Under the pieces are notes generated by a model, which did not search any database, was not told where the DNA came from, and saw only the letters and a program-made list of their open reading frames with translations. From Macrostomum lignano (taxonomy: Eukaryota), in contig NIVC01001297.1 of assembly GCA_002269645.1 (NCBI GenBank), forward strand, positions 1 to 64,000: DNA of 64,000 nucleotides, in the 5' to 3' direction. Made by a program: the position numbers and the translations under genes. Below, piece by piece: positions 1 to 12,262 of this stretch (its first letter is position 1; every line of letters starts with the position of its first letter).

Positions 1-1893
1 ACAATTTTACCTTTTAAAGTTTACAATTTTACTATAACCTTTTTATGAACCTTCTATTTTAAACCTTCTGAAGCTGAACAAAATTAAGGTCCTTTTGTAC
101 TCTTTTTACATTTTAGAATTTGTTTTCATTGCAAAAGAGTTGCAATGATTTTTATACCAAAGCCAATATGACCTTTAAAATAAATTGGACATCACATATC
201 TTCAAGATTGAGAATGAATGAATTTTCTTAGAAAGCATATTTGAATATTTGAATATTTGAAAAGCACAAGATAAATAATGTATAAAACAAAATTATTAAA
301 AAGGGAAGCAATATGAATTGGACCAATACATGTAATAATAAGAATTAATAAGATTATACACAATTGTTTTTCCTTCATTGTCCCTGAATTTGACTAGATT
401 GTCACGAATTTGCTTTCGCAGAATTTGTGTAGCATTGGTTAGCACCCAGCTACAATAATTAAGCTAAAGCCAAAAGGAATATTTTTAATGTAATATAATT
501 CTATTATAGGCCTATCAAAGCATCTATCTCTCCAAGACTTAAAGATCTATACCTAATATAAATTAGGCCTACTACTAATAAGAAAAGAAATGCTTCTTGA
601 AATATAATTAGATATTTAGATTAGAGCTATGGCCATCTTTGTTGGTAGCCATCTTGGTAGGCCTAATGCACGAATCCATAAGACTATAACTATAGCATAG
701 GCCCCTAGCCTGCCTAGTATAGTTGCTAAGTACTAGAGTGTATATGGCTGCAGGCCATTTTGACTGCTGTCAGTTTGTCAACCAGAGGTCCATGCTAGTG
801 GACCACTGTGGTCCCTGTGGACAGTTTGTCTGCTACTGTGTCCAATGAAAACAATTGGGGGGCTACCACCTAGGTGGTGAGTGCCAGTGGTAATTTTGTC
901 CCAACCAGCCAGCAGGCAGGCCACTGAAAAAAAAACAATAATTAAAAAAGATAATTGATGGTAGGGCCTATCCCAGCATTTTACCATTTTAGATTCTGTT
1001 TTATAAAGTGCATAGGAATCCAGAATTGAAAAGGCTACTAAAATTTGAGTTTAAAAATAGGCCTAGCTAGCATCTGGGCATGAAGTAAACTGAGTGCAGG
1101 GCATGGCACTATAGTCCTATACACATGATTGAGATGAATAAGCTAGGCCTACAATAATTATCAACACTCAACAGAGCCAGAGAGGTTAGAGAGCCCCTGA
1201 CTCGTGACTTAAACGCTAAAGTTTAACTTAAGTTTAAGACGCAACTCGATTTACTGTAAAAGCACTGAAATTCGAAAGACTAAATCTTAGAGATTTTAAA
1301 CTTTACACTTTAGGGCTTAGGCTACTCGATCCGTAGCTGATTAATCATAATCATGAAGCTGATATAATTTGAAACCTGCGGCGGGCCCGCGGCCCGGTCT
1401 GAGGAGTAAGTAGTAAGTAGTAAATTTGGCTCAGGCTTAAGGAGCCTGTTTTGCCAGTATTATCCGATGTATTTTGTATTTGTTCAAAAGGTTAAATTTT
1501 TACACGAGTTACGATGCGGGTTACGATATTTGTAAAAGTAAGGTATTTGAAAGAGCGTCTAGAGTTTTTTTTGTAAGAAGATGAAGTATTTTTGAAAGCG
1601 CGTGATATTTCAAAGCGTGAAAAACGAACATAAACATACTTCGAACGAACTTTACGTTTAACGAATAACGACGATTTAAATAGGAGATTAAAAAAGACAG
1701 TAAATGAATAAATAACTGAAAAGCGGATTTGTTACACTGCTAATGTATCTGATTCAGTTTGTTTAACTGTTTTAGCTATTCATGACTTCATATATTTTAG
1801 CTACACCAGTGAGTTCTTTTCTGACTCTTTTTTCATTTGCAGCATATCCTATCTTGTGTATATTTGATTGCCATTTAAGAGGTATTGACAGAA

Positions 1894-2211
1894 TTATTTT
1901 TTCCTGATCTCTTCAGTTTGTGGACATTCGGTCAAGTGTAGAATATCAGAAACATTTCGCGCTCCACACATTTTACATGGTTCTTGAGAAAAAAAGTTGG
2001 GTGTAATCTCGCATTTCAGTTTTAGGAGGGTTGTTAAGAATTTTTTGTTTCTAAATGTGCATGGAAAGTAGTCTGAAAGGTCGGGCCTGCAGATTTTTTT
2101 GTAGAGATAGGCGTTTTTGTAGAGTTTAATATGTTGCTGATTCTCTAGCTTTTGGCTAAGTTCTCTTTCTCTGTGTATTGTGTATTTCTCTGTGGCTAGG
2201 AAAGCCATCAT
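1894..2211 (-). mobile_element. Possible degraded 3' end of a non-LTR retrotransposon ORF (C-terminal CCHC knuckle)
   Basis: Translation ends in CKMCGARNVSDILHLTECP, resembling the C-x2-C...H...C knuckle at the C-terminus of LINE ORF2; no RT motifs visible. Confidence 0.4.
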
Positions 2212-2410
2212 TTTACTGTTTTGAAATGTTTATAAGTTATAACAAAAAATAACGAAATTTAAGAATCAGTATTTCAGACAACGTCTTAAAGCTCGATGTT
2301 ACACACCGTTGGTTTTTCCTTTTAAATCTTGAAAGATGCCCTATCACAGGAATTAATAACCGAAGATTCTAAAATTAAAATGTATTGCCCAAATCTTCTA
2401 AATACTATAA

Positions 2411-2535
2411 GGGGTCGTACTATAAAGCTGTCGTAGCTTAAGTTCGATCGTACGATGTACGTCGGAACTTTTACACGGCGGAGATATAGGAGCTAAGAAC
2501 GATCTTATCTTACGATGGCTTTATAGAACGGGCCC
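2411..2535. mobile_element. PIF/Harbinger (Tourist-like) MITE, 125 bp
   Basis: Imperfect TIRs GGGGTCGTACTATAAAGCTGTCGTA and (rc) GGGCCCGTTCTATAAAGCCATCGTA; TAA duplicated at 2408-2410 and 2536-2538. Confidence 0.75.
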
Positions 2536-2759
2536 TAAAGCTTTAATCCTGTCGGCCAATGCGGCCATTGACTCTAAAAAATTCTGCGTGTGGATACTGC
2601 AGCTTCATGTAGATTCCTAGAAATTGCCAGTTGGCATTGCCTCAAACAGATGAAAGTTCCTCAGCTGCGTGAAAAGTAATAGCAATGCTGCAATTCTAAA
2701 TTCAAAGGTTCGCACGTACATATATACTGTATGCAGTACCTGTATGCAGGCCAAACTGT

Positions 2760-3323
2760 TATCGCTTTTGACGCTCTAGATAAGACTTTAGACATTCAAA
2801 ATAAGACTGCATAGGATCGCAAGCAAGGCCAGGCTAGCCACGGCCAGAGCAAGCCCAGTCTTGGCTGCAGGGATGGCTTGGCCATAGACTAAAAAATGGA
2901 ATATCAAAATGAGAATAAGACGCTCAATATGAGACCGGGAGTGAACGTAATTTATTTGCTTTTTGGCAGTCACCATACAAGATACAAACAGCTAAGGAGA
3001 AATTAGGCAATTTCTGACGGTCTGCTGCAGGAATCGATGGTGCCATCACAGTGAAATCCAAGGGGTCAGATGCAACCCAAGGGGTGAAGAAGGAGAGCTG
3101 GCTGAGGGTCAGAGGGTTAGAGCGATATCTGAAGGCTTTCACACTCAGTCTCATATTGAGCGTCTTATTCTCATTTTGATATTCCATTTTTTAGTCTATG
3201 GCCAAGCCATTCCTGCAGCCAAGACTGGGCATGCTCTGGCCGTGGCTAGCCTGGCCTTGCTTGCGATCCTATGCAGTCTTATTTTGAATGTCTAAAGTCT
3301 TATCTAGAGCGTCAAAAGCGATA
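2760..3323. mobile_element. Foldback/MITE with ~176-bp near-perfect inverted arms
   Basis: 2760-2935 is the near-perfect reverse complement of 3148-3323; the outer TA may be the TSD. Confidence 0.8.
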
Positions 3324-3349
3324 CTAGCTATCTACATGCACGTGTGAGT

Positions 3350-3648
3350 CATGGATGAATAATTTAACTGGATCGCCAGAAGCTCGATTTTTTTGGTCCT
3401 AGCCATAGACAAGCACCAGCATCACAAGAAGATCAGAATGCCGTACTTTCACCCTGCATATATTGCGAGCATGTGTTGTACATAAAATAGAATACTTATA
3501 AATAAAGGTTTGCAGCTTCTGCAGCGGCTATTTGTCTATGTGTGAAAGTACGGCATTCTGAGCTTTTTGTGATGCTGGTGCTTGTCTATGGCAAGGACCA
3601 AAAAAATCGAGCTTCTGGCGATCCAGTTATATTTATTATTCATCCATG
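3350..3648. mobile_element. Non-autonomous DNA transposon with ~100-bp TIRs and 8-bp TSD (P-like or hAT)
   Basis: Arms 3350-3452 and 3542-3648 are inverted; GTGTGAGT at 3342-3349 and 3649-3656; terminus CATGGATGAATAA. Confidence 0.8.
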
Positions 3649-3907
3649 GTGTGAGTTCGTTGCATACTTTTTAGATTCTTATGTTTAGATTCTTATACAC
3701 TAACTCTTAACTCTGAACTGGGGTCGCTTCAGAAGACTACCACTAAAAGAACGACTGGCAACAACAAGCTACATGTACAAATAAACAAAATAGAAAAACT
3801 CGAAGCAAAAATGTTGCATTTAAAAAATTTTGAGTGTTGTATATAGTTGCTCTTATGTATCGCATAACCATTTCTAACATTCATTGGAGTAATTTCGACG
3901 TATTATA

Positions 3908-4541
3908 CACTCAGCAACATTTAAAACGCAACATTCTAACTAGAAGAAAAATCAACTCACTCAGAAGAGTCAAAGCGCATAGTCTATGGTTCAAATCGAG
4001 CTTCAGAAACGCGTGTAGCTTCCTCTCGCAAGTAACAGGGCGATGACTATGGACTGTTTTCAGATAGAGTGATCCAGCTGAGAGAATGGTTCAACTGATG
4101 ACAGACGCGGAAAGATGGCGAGCAGTCGGAATGTTGAAAGCAGGTTGTACTCTTCGAACAGTTGCGAACCACTTCGGGAGGTCGCCTTCAACAGTTTTAC
4201 GTCTGCTACAGAAGAGCAGAGCCACTGGAAGCGTGGCTCACGCGAGAAAAGGTACGGTGCTTCACCAACTTCGCAGTACAACAGCTGTTGTTCGAAGAGT
4301 ACAACCTGCTTTCAACATTCCGACTGCTCGCCATCTTTCCGCGTCTGTCATCAGTTGAACCATTCTCTCAGCTGGATCACTCTATCTGAAAACAGTCCAT
4401 AGTCATCGCCCTGTTACTTGCGAGAGGAAGCTACACGCGTTTCTGAAGCTCGATTTGAACCATAGACTATGCGCTTTGACTCTTCTGAGTGAGTTGATTT
4501 TTCTTCTAGTTAGAATGTTGCGTTTTAAATGTTGCTGAGTG
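3908..4541. mobile_element. Tc1-derived palindromic element containing the transposase N-terminus
   Basis: 253-bp inverted arms 3908-4160 and 4289-4541, TA flanks, TIR start CACTC; ORF from 4086 encodes a Tc1-type HTH (ERWRAVGMLKAGCTLRTVANHFGRSPSTVLRLLQK). Confidence 0.85.
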
Positions 4542-4920
4542 TATACTCGTAAATGTCCAGAATTTTTATTTCGATCTTGTCTCCTGACTTAGCAACCCAG
4601 TGGGGTTAAGCTTTTGGAAGGTCATATTTTGTTTTACTTCAATTTCGATTGAAGAGTTAACTGCGAGATATGCATCACACATGTACTTGGCCTTGGCCGT
4701 CAGAATATCGATATCAATGCGGGGAATCAAAGTTGTGCTGTGCAGAGTTAGTTTAGATAAGACAAGATTCTTTCTTTATCTTGATGGTACTTTTATTTTT
4801 ATCTTATCTTCAACACACCATGGCATTAGTGGGCACGAAATACTATGCGTAAGGGGGTATTCGCTGTGGCCCCGTGCCCATGGCCGCCCCACCCAAAGTG
4901 AAGGCGGTATGTACGTATAC

Positions 4921-4980
4921 ATTGGTCACGTGACCAGTTTTATTGGTCTTAATTACAAATAAGTCTGTGGGCGGTGGGTG
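4921..4980 (+). promoter_or_regulatory. Putative innexin proximal promoter (E-box palindrome, CCAAT boxes, GC box)
   Basis: GGTCACGTGACC palindrome at 4924-4935, ATTGG at 4921 and ~4942, GGGCGG at ~4968; about 200 bp upstream of the ATG at 5157. Confidence 0.4.
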
Positions 4981-5156
4981 GTGGGGCAGGGGGTAAATGA
5001 AAATCCTTTGACTTCGTGGAAGGGGAGGAGCTTTTGCTATATAATAAGTCTAGTCTCTTCACTTCGTTTTTGTTACAACTAAGCGAAGCCAAACGTTCTA
5101 TAGTATACCCGTAGTAATAGACAAGAAAATCATTCGACAAAAGCTTCAATCAAAGA

Positions 5157-6584
5157 ATGAGCACCCTAGTCAACTTCATCAAAGGCATTAAAGAATCAAC
5201 CAAACCCGGCGCAGAGGATGCGTGCGATCGGATGCATTTTATCTGGACGCCTATGCTTCTTCTGCTCTGCAGCTTAGTAGTCTTCGGCAAGGAGTACATT
5301 GGCAATCCAATGCATTGCGTTTTCTCCGGAAATCCGCAGCACCATCCTAGTGGATTTTTGGACTTCGCGCAGAGCTACTGCTGGGCTTATGGCACTTACG
5401 CCTATTCAAAGGACGCAGCCATCAGGTTAACTGGATACAGGAAGGATGTTGAAAAGCAGGAAGAATACTGGACCGAGACTATCTCTAACCAGCTCCTCAC
5501 GTACTATCAATGGGTCCCATATGCTCTGCTAGCCCAATGCGTGATAACCTACCTGCCCAAGCTCATCTGGCAACTGATTTGCAGCCGGAAATTTGGCTCC
5601 GACATCTATTCGCTGATTAGCTTAGCAGCCGAAGCTAGAACTAGCAGCGCCAATGAGTTTCGCCAGCAGGCCGACCGCATAGCCGATGTCATTGAACGGT
5701 TGCTAATGTACAATCGCGAGTATCGTCATGGCCGACTGCAACAATTGAAAGCCACTCTGTACAACCGGTGCAGTTTGCTAGTGCCGAGCAAGCGAACGGG
5801 AACCATGCTCACCATACTGTACGTACTCGTGAAGCTCCTTTGTCTGGCCAATGTAGTTGGCCAGCTATTCTTCATGGCTGTCTTTCTGGGCTTCTGGCGG
5901 CGCGGCATATTCACGTTTGGCTGGACTATAGTGCAGAATCTGAACCATGGGCGCGGCTGGAAGCACACGATGCTGTTTCCGCTGCACACGCTCTGCTATT
6001 TGACCACCTCCATTGACCCCGGCACCACGAACGCTTACGTTGGCCAGTGCACCCTACCAGTGAACATCATCAACGAGAAGGTGTACATTTTGCTATTCTT
6101 CTGGTTTGTGTCGCTCGGCGTTGTCACGGTGTTGAGCATTGCCCGCTGGACCTGCCGGTTGCTGTTCACGCGCAGTCGGGTGAGCTTTGTCAAGTGCCTT
6201 CTGTACTTATCGGCGCTGGATAGCTCGGACGCGGAGTCGCGCCTAGTTGACAAGCTGTCCATCAAATCGTTCATTGAGAAGTTTCTACGTCACGACGGAG
6301 TCTTTCTAGTCCTGATGCTTAGCGAAGGCTCCGACAAGGTGATCACAGCCGAGGTGCTGCGCCGCCTGTACCAGCGCTGGTGCTGCAACAACAAGCGCCC
6401 GGACCTACGCGGCTCAAGCTGGATGCCGCACGATCACAGTCTGCACGGCAACGACAACGGTGGCGCTACCGCCAAGATTCGCAATCGATCGTTGGGCACC
6501 TCGCCGAAGCTTAGCACAGAGTCCGACAGCCAGATGCCGTCTGCGTCGACAGTTGTTGACGAGAGCGGACTGCTGACTGCTTGA
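5157..6584 (+). CDS. Innexin (gap junction protein), intronless CDS
   Basis: 475 aa with four hydrophobic segments, GNPMHC, SYCW, the YYQWVP signature and CTLPVNIINEKVYILLFFWF. Confidence 0.96.
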   Translation: MSTLVNFIKGIKESTKPGAEDACDRMHFIWTPMLLLLCSLVVFGKEYIGNPMHCVFSGNPQHHPSGFLDFAQSYCWAYGTYAYSKDAAIRLTGYRKDVEKQEEYWTETISNQLLTYYQWVPYALLAQCVITYLPKLIWQLICSRKFGSDIYSLISLAAEARTSSANEFRQQADRIADVIERLLMYNREYRHGRLQQLKATLYNRCSLLVPSKRTGTMLTILYVLVKLLCLANVVGQLFFMAVFLGFWRRGIFTFGWTIVQNLNHGRGWKHTMLFPLHTLCYLTTSIDPGTTNAYVGQCTLPVNIINEKVYILLFFWFVSLGVVTVLSIARWTCRLLFTRSRVSFVKCLLYLSALDSSDAESRLVDKLSIKSFIEKFLRHDGVFLVLMLSEGSDKVITAEVLRRLYQRWCCNNKRPDLRGSSWMPHDHSLHGNDNGGATAKIRNRSLGTSPKLSTESDSQMPSASTVVDESGLLTA

Positions 6585-6619
6585 CTGGTGATGTAGCGTT
6601 GACTGGCCCAATTCTGTCC

Positions 6620-6780
6620 ATAAGCGTTTAGGGGAGTGTCCTTGGGAATCGCCCGCCTTAAGGAGAGTGACCTTGGGATTCACCCGAGTTAAGGAGAGTG
6701 ACTTTGGGATTCACCCTAGTTAAGGAGTGTCCTTGGGATTCACCCGAGTTAAGGAGAGTGACCTTGGCAATCACTTGAGT
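6620..6780. repeat. Short ~31-bp tandem repeat just downstream of innexin
   Basis: About 5 copies of AAGGAGAGTGACCTTGGGATTCACCCGAGTT. Confidence 0.8.
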
Positions 6781-7630
6781 TAAATTAAAAGTAATGAAAA
6801 TACATTTTAATAATAATTAAAATTAAAACTTGTTTGTCGACTTTTCATCGTGATTCAGCCAAGTTAATCCAAATATACTAAATCTTAACTATTCTAATTT
6901 AGTAACTCTGTTGGGAAGTAAAATAGTAATGCATGTAACGAATTTTTTACAGTACTAAACCGTAGGACTGGGAGGAAGTTGGATGAAAGTTCAATAAGAA
7001 CTAATCTATGTATCGATGCTATTTTTAAACTGATTTGTCTGAGTTGTTTCTGCGTTTGATTTTAAATTCACTTGTTCTTCGTGTTTCTACTATAAGTAAT
7101 ATGAGCTGCTTATGTTTGTACTTTTTCTCTGAATCTGAATAGGCTTCCAACATGCAACTGAACTGAACCCAACTGGCTAGCCAAGTATTGGCTGAATTTT
7201 CAAGTTCTTCAATAACATTTCCTACATGAATACTGCTATAGGTTTCTGACTAACTCTAGCTTTCTTAGAAGTCAATTTCGAACTCAGCCAGTTCGCATTT
7301 TCCAACTCATTTTTTCTGTTTTGGCTTTTCCACTTATTGTCTTCGGCTTTCTATTAACTACCGTTGCCAGCTTAGCCAGTGCTACTATCATTGCCCTTTT
7401 AATAATTTAATAAACACTTTTTCATTCAAGTCAATACTTAACAAGGGAACTTCGACTGCTGGTATCATTAATTAAGCCAGTGTTACTAATAAGTCTGCTA
7501 TATCCTTTGTGTAGATTTAGATTGCTATTTTTAGTATATTGGATATTTATATTGCCCAGCTTTTGAAGGTAATACATGACCTGTATTTACCTTATGAAGA
7601 GCAGTTTCCTGTTAGATGAACCATTTTCAT

Positions 7631-10190
7631 GTTAGATAGACCCGTCTCCTGTTAGATAGACCAGTCTCCTGTTAGATAGACTCTTCCTCTGTTAGATAGA
7701 CCAGTCTCCTGTTAGATAGACCCATCTCCTGTTAGATAGACTCTTCCTCTGTTAGATAGACCAGTCTCCTGTTAGATAGACCCATCTCCTGTTAGATAGA
7801 CCAGTCTCCTGTTAGATAGACCAGTCTCCTGTTAGATAGACCAGTCTCCTGTTAGACCCGTCTCCTGTTAGATAGACCAGTCTCCTGTTAGATAGACCAG
7901 TCTCCTGTTAGACCCGTCTCCTGTTAGATAGACTCTTCCTCTGTTAGATAGACCAGTCTCCTGTTAGATAGACCCATCTCCTGTTAGATAGACCAGTCTC
8001 CTGTTAGATAGACCAGTCTCCTGTTAGATAGACCAGTCTCCTGTTAGACCCGTCTCCTGTTAGATAGACCAGTCTCCTGTTAGATAGACCAGTCTCCTGT
8101 TAGACCCGTCTCCTGTTAGATAGACTCTTCCTCTGTTAGATAGACCAGTCTCCTGTTAGATAGACCCGTCTCCTGTTAGATAGACCCGTCCTCTGTTAGA
8201 TAGACCAGTCTCCCGTTAGACCCGTATCCTGTTAGATAGACCAGTCTCCTGTTAGACCCGTCTCCTGTTAGATAGACCAGTCTCCTGTTAGATAGACCAG
8301 TCTCCTGTTAGATAGACCAGTCTCCTGTTAGACCCGTATCCTGTTAGATAGACCAGTCTCCTGTTAGACCCGTATCCTGTTAGATAGACCAGTCTCCTGT
8401 TAGACCCGTATCCTGTTAGATAGACCAGTCTCCTGTTAGACCCGTATCCTGCTAGATAGACCAGTCTCCTGTTAGATAGACCAGTCTCCTGTTAGATAGA
8501 CCAGTCTCCTGTTAGACCCGTATCCTGTTAGATAGACCAGTCTCCTGTTAGACCCGTATCCTGTTAGATAGACCAGTCTCCTGTTAGACCCGTATCCTGC
8601 TAGATAGACCAGTCTCCTGTTAGACCCGTATCCTGTTAGATAGACCAGTCTCCTGTTAGACCCGTATCCTGTTAGATAGACCAGTCTCCTGTTAGACCCG
8701 TATCCTGCTAGATAGACCAGTCTCGTGTTAGATAGACCCGTCTCCTGTTAGATAGATCAGTCTCCTGTTAGATAGACCAGTCTCCTGTTAGATAGACCAG
8801 TCTCCTGTTAGATAGACCCGTCCTCTGTTAGATAGACCAGTCTCCTGTTAGATAGACCAGTCTCCTGTTAGATAGACCCGTCTTCTGTTAGATAGACCTG
8901 TCTCCTGTTAGACCAGTCTCCTGTTAGATAGACCAGTCTCCTGTTAGACCCGTCTCCTGTTAGATAGACCAGTCTCCTGTTAGATAGACCCGTCCTCTGT
9001 TAGATAGACCAGTCTCCTGTTAGATAGACCAGTCTCCTGTTAGATAGACCCGTCTTCTGTTAGATAGACCTGTCTCCTGTTAGACCAGTCTCCTGTTAGA
9101 TAGACCAGTCTCCCGTTAGACCCGTATCCTGTTAGATAGACCAGTCTCCTGTTAGACCCGTCTCCTGTTAGATAGACCAGTCTCCTGTTAGATAGACCAG
9201 TCTCCTGTTAGATAGACCAGTCTCCTGTTAGACCCGTATCCTGTTAGATAGACCAGTCTCCTGTTAGACCCGTATCCTGTTAGATAGACCAGTCTCCTGT
9301 TAGACCCGTATCCTGCTAGATAGACCAGTCTCCTGTTAGATAGACCAGTCTCCTGTTAGATAGACCAGTCTCCTGTTAGACCCGTATCCTGTTAGATAGA
9401 CCAGTCTCCTGTTAGACCCGTATCCTGTTAGATAGACCAGTCTCCTGTTAGACCCGTATCCTGTTAGATAGACCAGTCTCCTGTTAGACCCGTATCCTGT
9501 TAGATAGACCAGTCTCCTGTTAGACCCGTATCCTGCTAGATAGACCAGTCTCGTGTTAGATAGACCCGTCTCCTGTTAGATAGACCAGTCTCCTGTTAGA
9601 TAGACCAGTCTCCTGTTAGATAGACCAGTCTCCTGTTAGATAGACCAGTCTCCTGTTAGATAGACCCGTCCTCTGTTAGATAGACCAGTCTCCTGTTAGA
9701 TAGACCAGTCTCCTGTTAGATAGACCCGTCTTCTGTTAGATAGACCAGTCTCCTGTTAGACCCGTATCCTGTTAGATAGACCAGTCTCCTGTTAGACCCG
9801 TATCCTGTTAGATAGACCAGTCTCCTGTTAGACCCGTATCCTGCTAGATAGACCAGTCTCGTGTTAGATAGACCCGTCTCCTGTTAGATAGACCCGTCCT
9901 CTGTTAGATAGACCAGTCTCCTGTTAGATAGACCAGTCTCCTGTTAGATAGACCCGTCTTCTGTTAGATAGACCTGTCTCCTGTTCTGTTAGATAGACCC
10001 GTCTCCTGTTAGATAGATCAGTCTCCTGTTAGATAGACCAGTCTCCTGTTAGATAGACCAGTCTCCTGTTAGATAGACCCGTCCTCTGTTAGATAGACCA
10101 GTCTCCTGTTAGATAGACCAGTCTCCTGTTAGATAGACCCGTCTTCTGTTAGATAGACCTGTCTCCTGTTCTGTTAGATAGACCAGTCTC
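7631..10190. repeat. 2.5-kb minisatellite of 20-bp and 16-bp units
   Basis: GTTAGATAGACCAGTCTCCT interspersed with GTTAGACCCGT(A/C)TCCT. Confidence 0.98.
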
Positions 10191-10577
10191 TACGTTGGAA
10201 CAGCTCACTGTAAGTCTCAAGCACCTAACAGTCTTTTTTTACTAAACTTTGAGTAAAAAAATTCCAAGCAATATTTTAAGGCACACTGGAGTTATTTTTA
10301 CAATTCTCAGAGTAATTTAAAAAGGACTTATCCGACACCACCAGAAGAAAATTTGACAACTGTAATTTGACTATATATGGTTAGCATGGGTATGTTAACA
10401 AAGAATTTATTGAATAAAAAGATCTGAATCAACTATGACAAACGCAGCGAAGTACGAGCTACATGTAAAGTAGGAAGCATTGATAAACTGTTACGAAAAA
10501 CAAAACTGAAGTTGACAAAATCGGATCTATCAGAAAGTCAGTTCAATTTTGATTTAACTCGAGAATTGAAGCTTAGT

Positions 10578-11218
10578 ATAGCATTTTGCAGCCCATTTGG
10601 GCCCACGCGCATTGAATTCAATCCAAGATACGTTCGCCACTGTAATGAAGCTTTTGTCTATGGTAGCAAGGCTGGCACAGCGGCATTTAATTTGGTCCAA
10701 CAAGCATCAATTTGGTCCACAAGCTTCATTTGCAACTGCTGCGGAGGAGCAAGATTGCAGCCCCACCAATTGTGGACCATATGCTAGGCTGTCGAACCAT
10801 TGGCTTGTGATCGAAGCACTCGACAGAGGTGAACACCCAAAGGACATTGCAAGATTGCTGAATGTAAAGGAAAAGATGGTTTACAGCATCCATCAGCGCG
10901 TTGAAACCAATGCCGGCAGAGATTGTCTGCGAAAGGGTGGCAATCGCGGGATCGCCAAGGCAAGTTGCTCAAGAGCCTCAGGTCCAACTGCTACTCGAGG
11001 CAGTTGAGACGAACCCTTTGTTGACGATGCAGAAATGCAACAGAAGTTGATCAAGAAACAGTTCCAGTTGGTTATCAGATTTCGGCTATCGGCGCAGAGC
11101 TCTGGGAAAGCGACTGAAAACTGCTGGTAGAAGCTCCATTAAAAGCTCCATTACATTAGCAAACCTATCTTGGATCAAATTGAATGCGCGCAGGCCCAAA
11201 TGGGCTGCAAAAAGCCAT
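10578..11218 (+). mobile_element. Internally deleted IS630/Tc1-family element
   Basis: ~50-bp imperfect TIRs (GCATTTTGCAGCCCATTTGGGCC...CCAAGATA); frameshifted HTH remnant VIEALDRGEHPKDIARLLNVKEKMVYSI followed by VQLLLEAVETNPLLTM. Confidence 0.7.
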
Positions 11219-11689
11219 AATAAATAACTGCTAGCATGCGGGCGGTACGCGGCGCAAAAATGCGGCGCATTTTGTGATAAAATTAAAAATGCAAAATTTT
11301 AAACAGAACTTCGTTTGAAATTCTTCCTGTGCTGTACATTGTAAAATCATCAATAGTATTGCGTGAAAATATCAAAGCAATGAATTCTATCTATAGTCTT
11401 TAATAGCACTCAAAAATCAACTAAAAAGTTTACAAGCTTTCAGACTCGAAAATTATTGTGCTATGAAAAAGAGAAAAAATGTGCAAAAGTAAAAAGATTG
11501 ACTAAATAATGCATTACAAACCAGTATTAATTAACCTGAATTCTGATGCAGCACGTTTTACTCGTACAAGGTTTCTTTAAAAGCAGCAGAATCGATTTCA
11601 AAACTGCAAGATTTCAAAGCAAAATACAACACAATACAAGATACGTGTCTACGAATCAAGTTTGAACTTTGATTTTTTGACATCCTCAA

Positions 11690-12258
11690 CTGACATCATC
11701 TCTAATTGACATCATCCCTAATTGACATCATCTCTAATTGACATCATCCCTAATTGACATCATCCCTAATTGACATCATCTCTAATTGACATCATCCCTA
11801 ATTGACATCATCCCTAATTGACATCATCCCTAATTGACATCATCTCTAATTGACATCATCCCTAATTGACATCATCCCTAATTGACATCATCCCTAATTG
11901 ACATCATCCCTAATTGACATCATCCCTAATTGACATCATCTCTAATTGACATCATCCCTAATTGACATCATCCCTAATTGACATCATCCCTAATTGACAT
12001 CATCCCTAATTGACATCATCCCTAATTGACATCATCTCTAATTGACATCATCCCTAATTGACATCATCCCTAATTGACATCATCCCTAATTGACATCATC
12101 CCCAACCGACATCATCCCCAACTGACATCATCCCCAACTGACATCATCCCCAACCGACATCATCCCCAACTGACATCATCCCCAACCGACATCATCCCCA
12201 ACTGACATCATCCCCAACTGACATCATCCCCAACTGACATCATCCCCAACTGACATCA
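11690..12258. repeat. 16-bp minisatellite
   Basis: TGACATCATC(C/T)CTAAT units grading to TGACATCATCCCCAAC at the right end; about 35 copies. Confidence 0.97.
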
Positions 12259-12262
12259 TTCC

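Noticed and set aside
4094-4125. CTGATGA...GAAA in the Tc1 palindrome
   Set aside because: No stem II pairing; the sequence is explained as transposase codons.
4600-4962. 120-aa ORF upstream of innexin
   Set aside because: Non-ATG start, no recognisable domain, and it overlaps the probable promoter.
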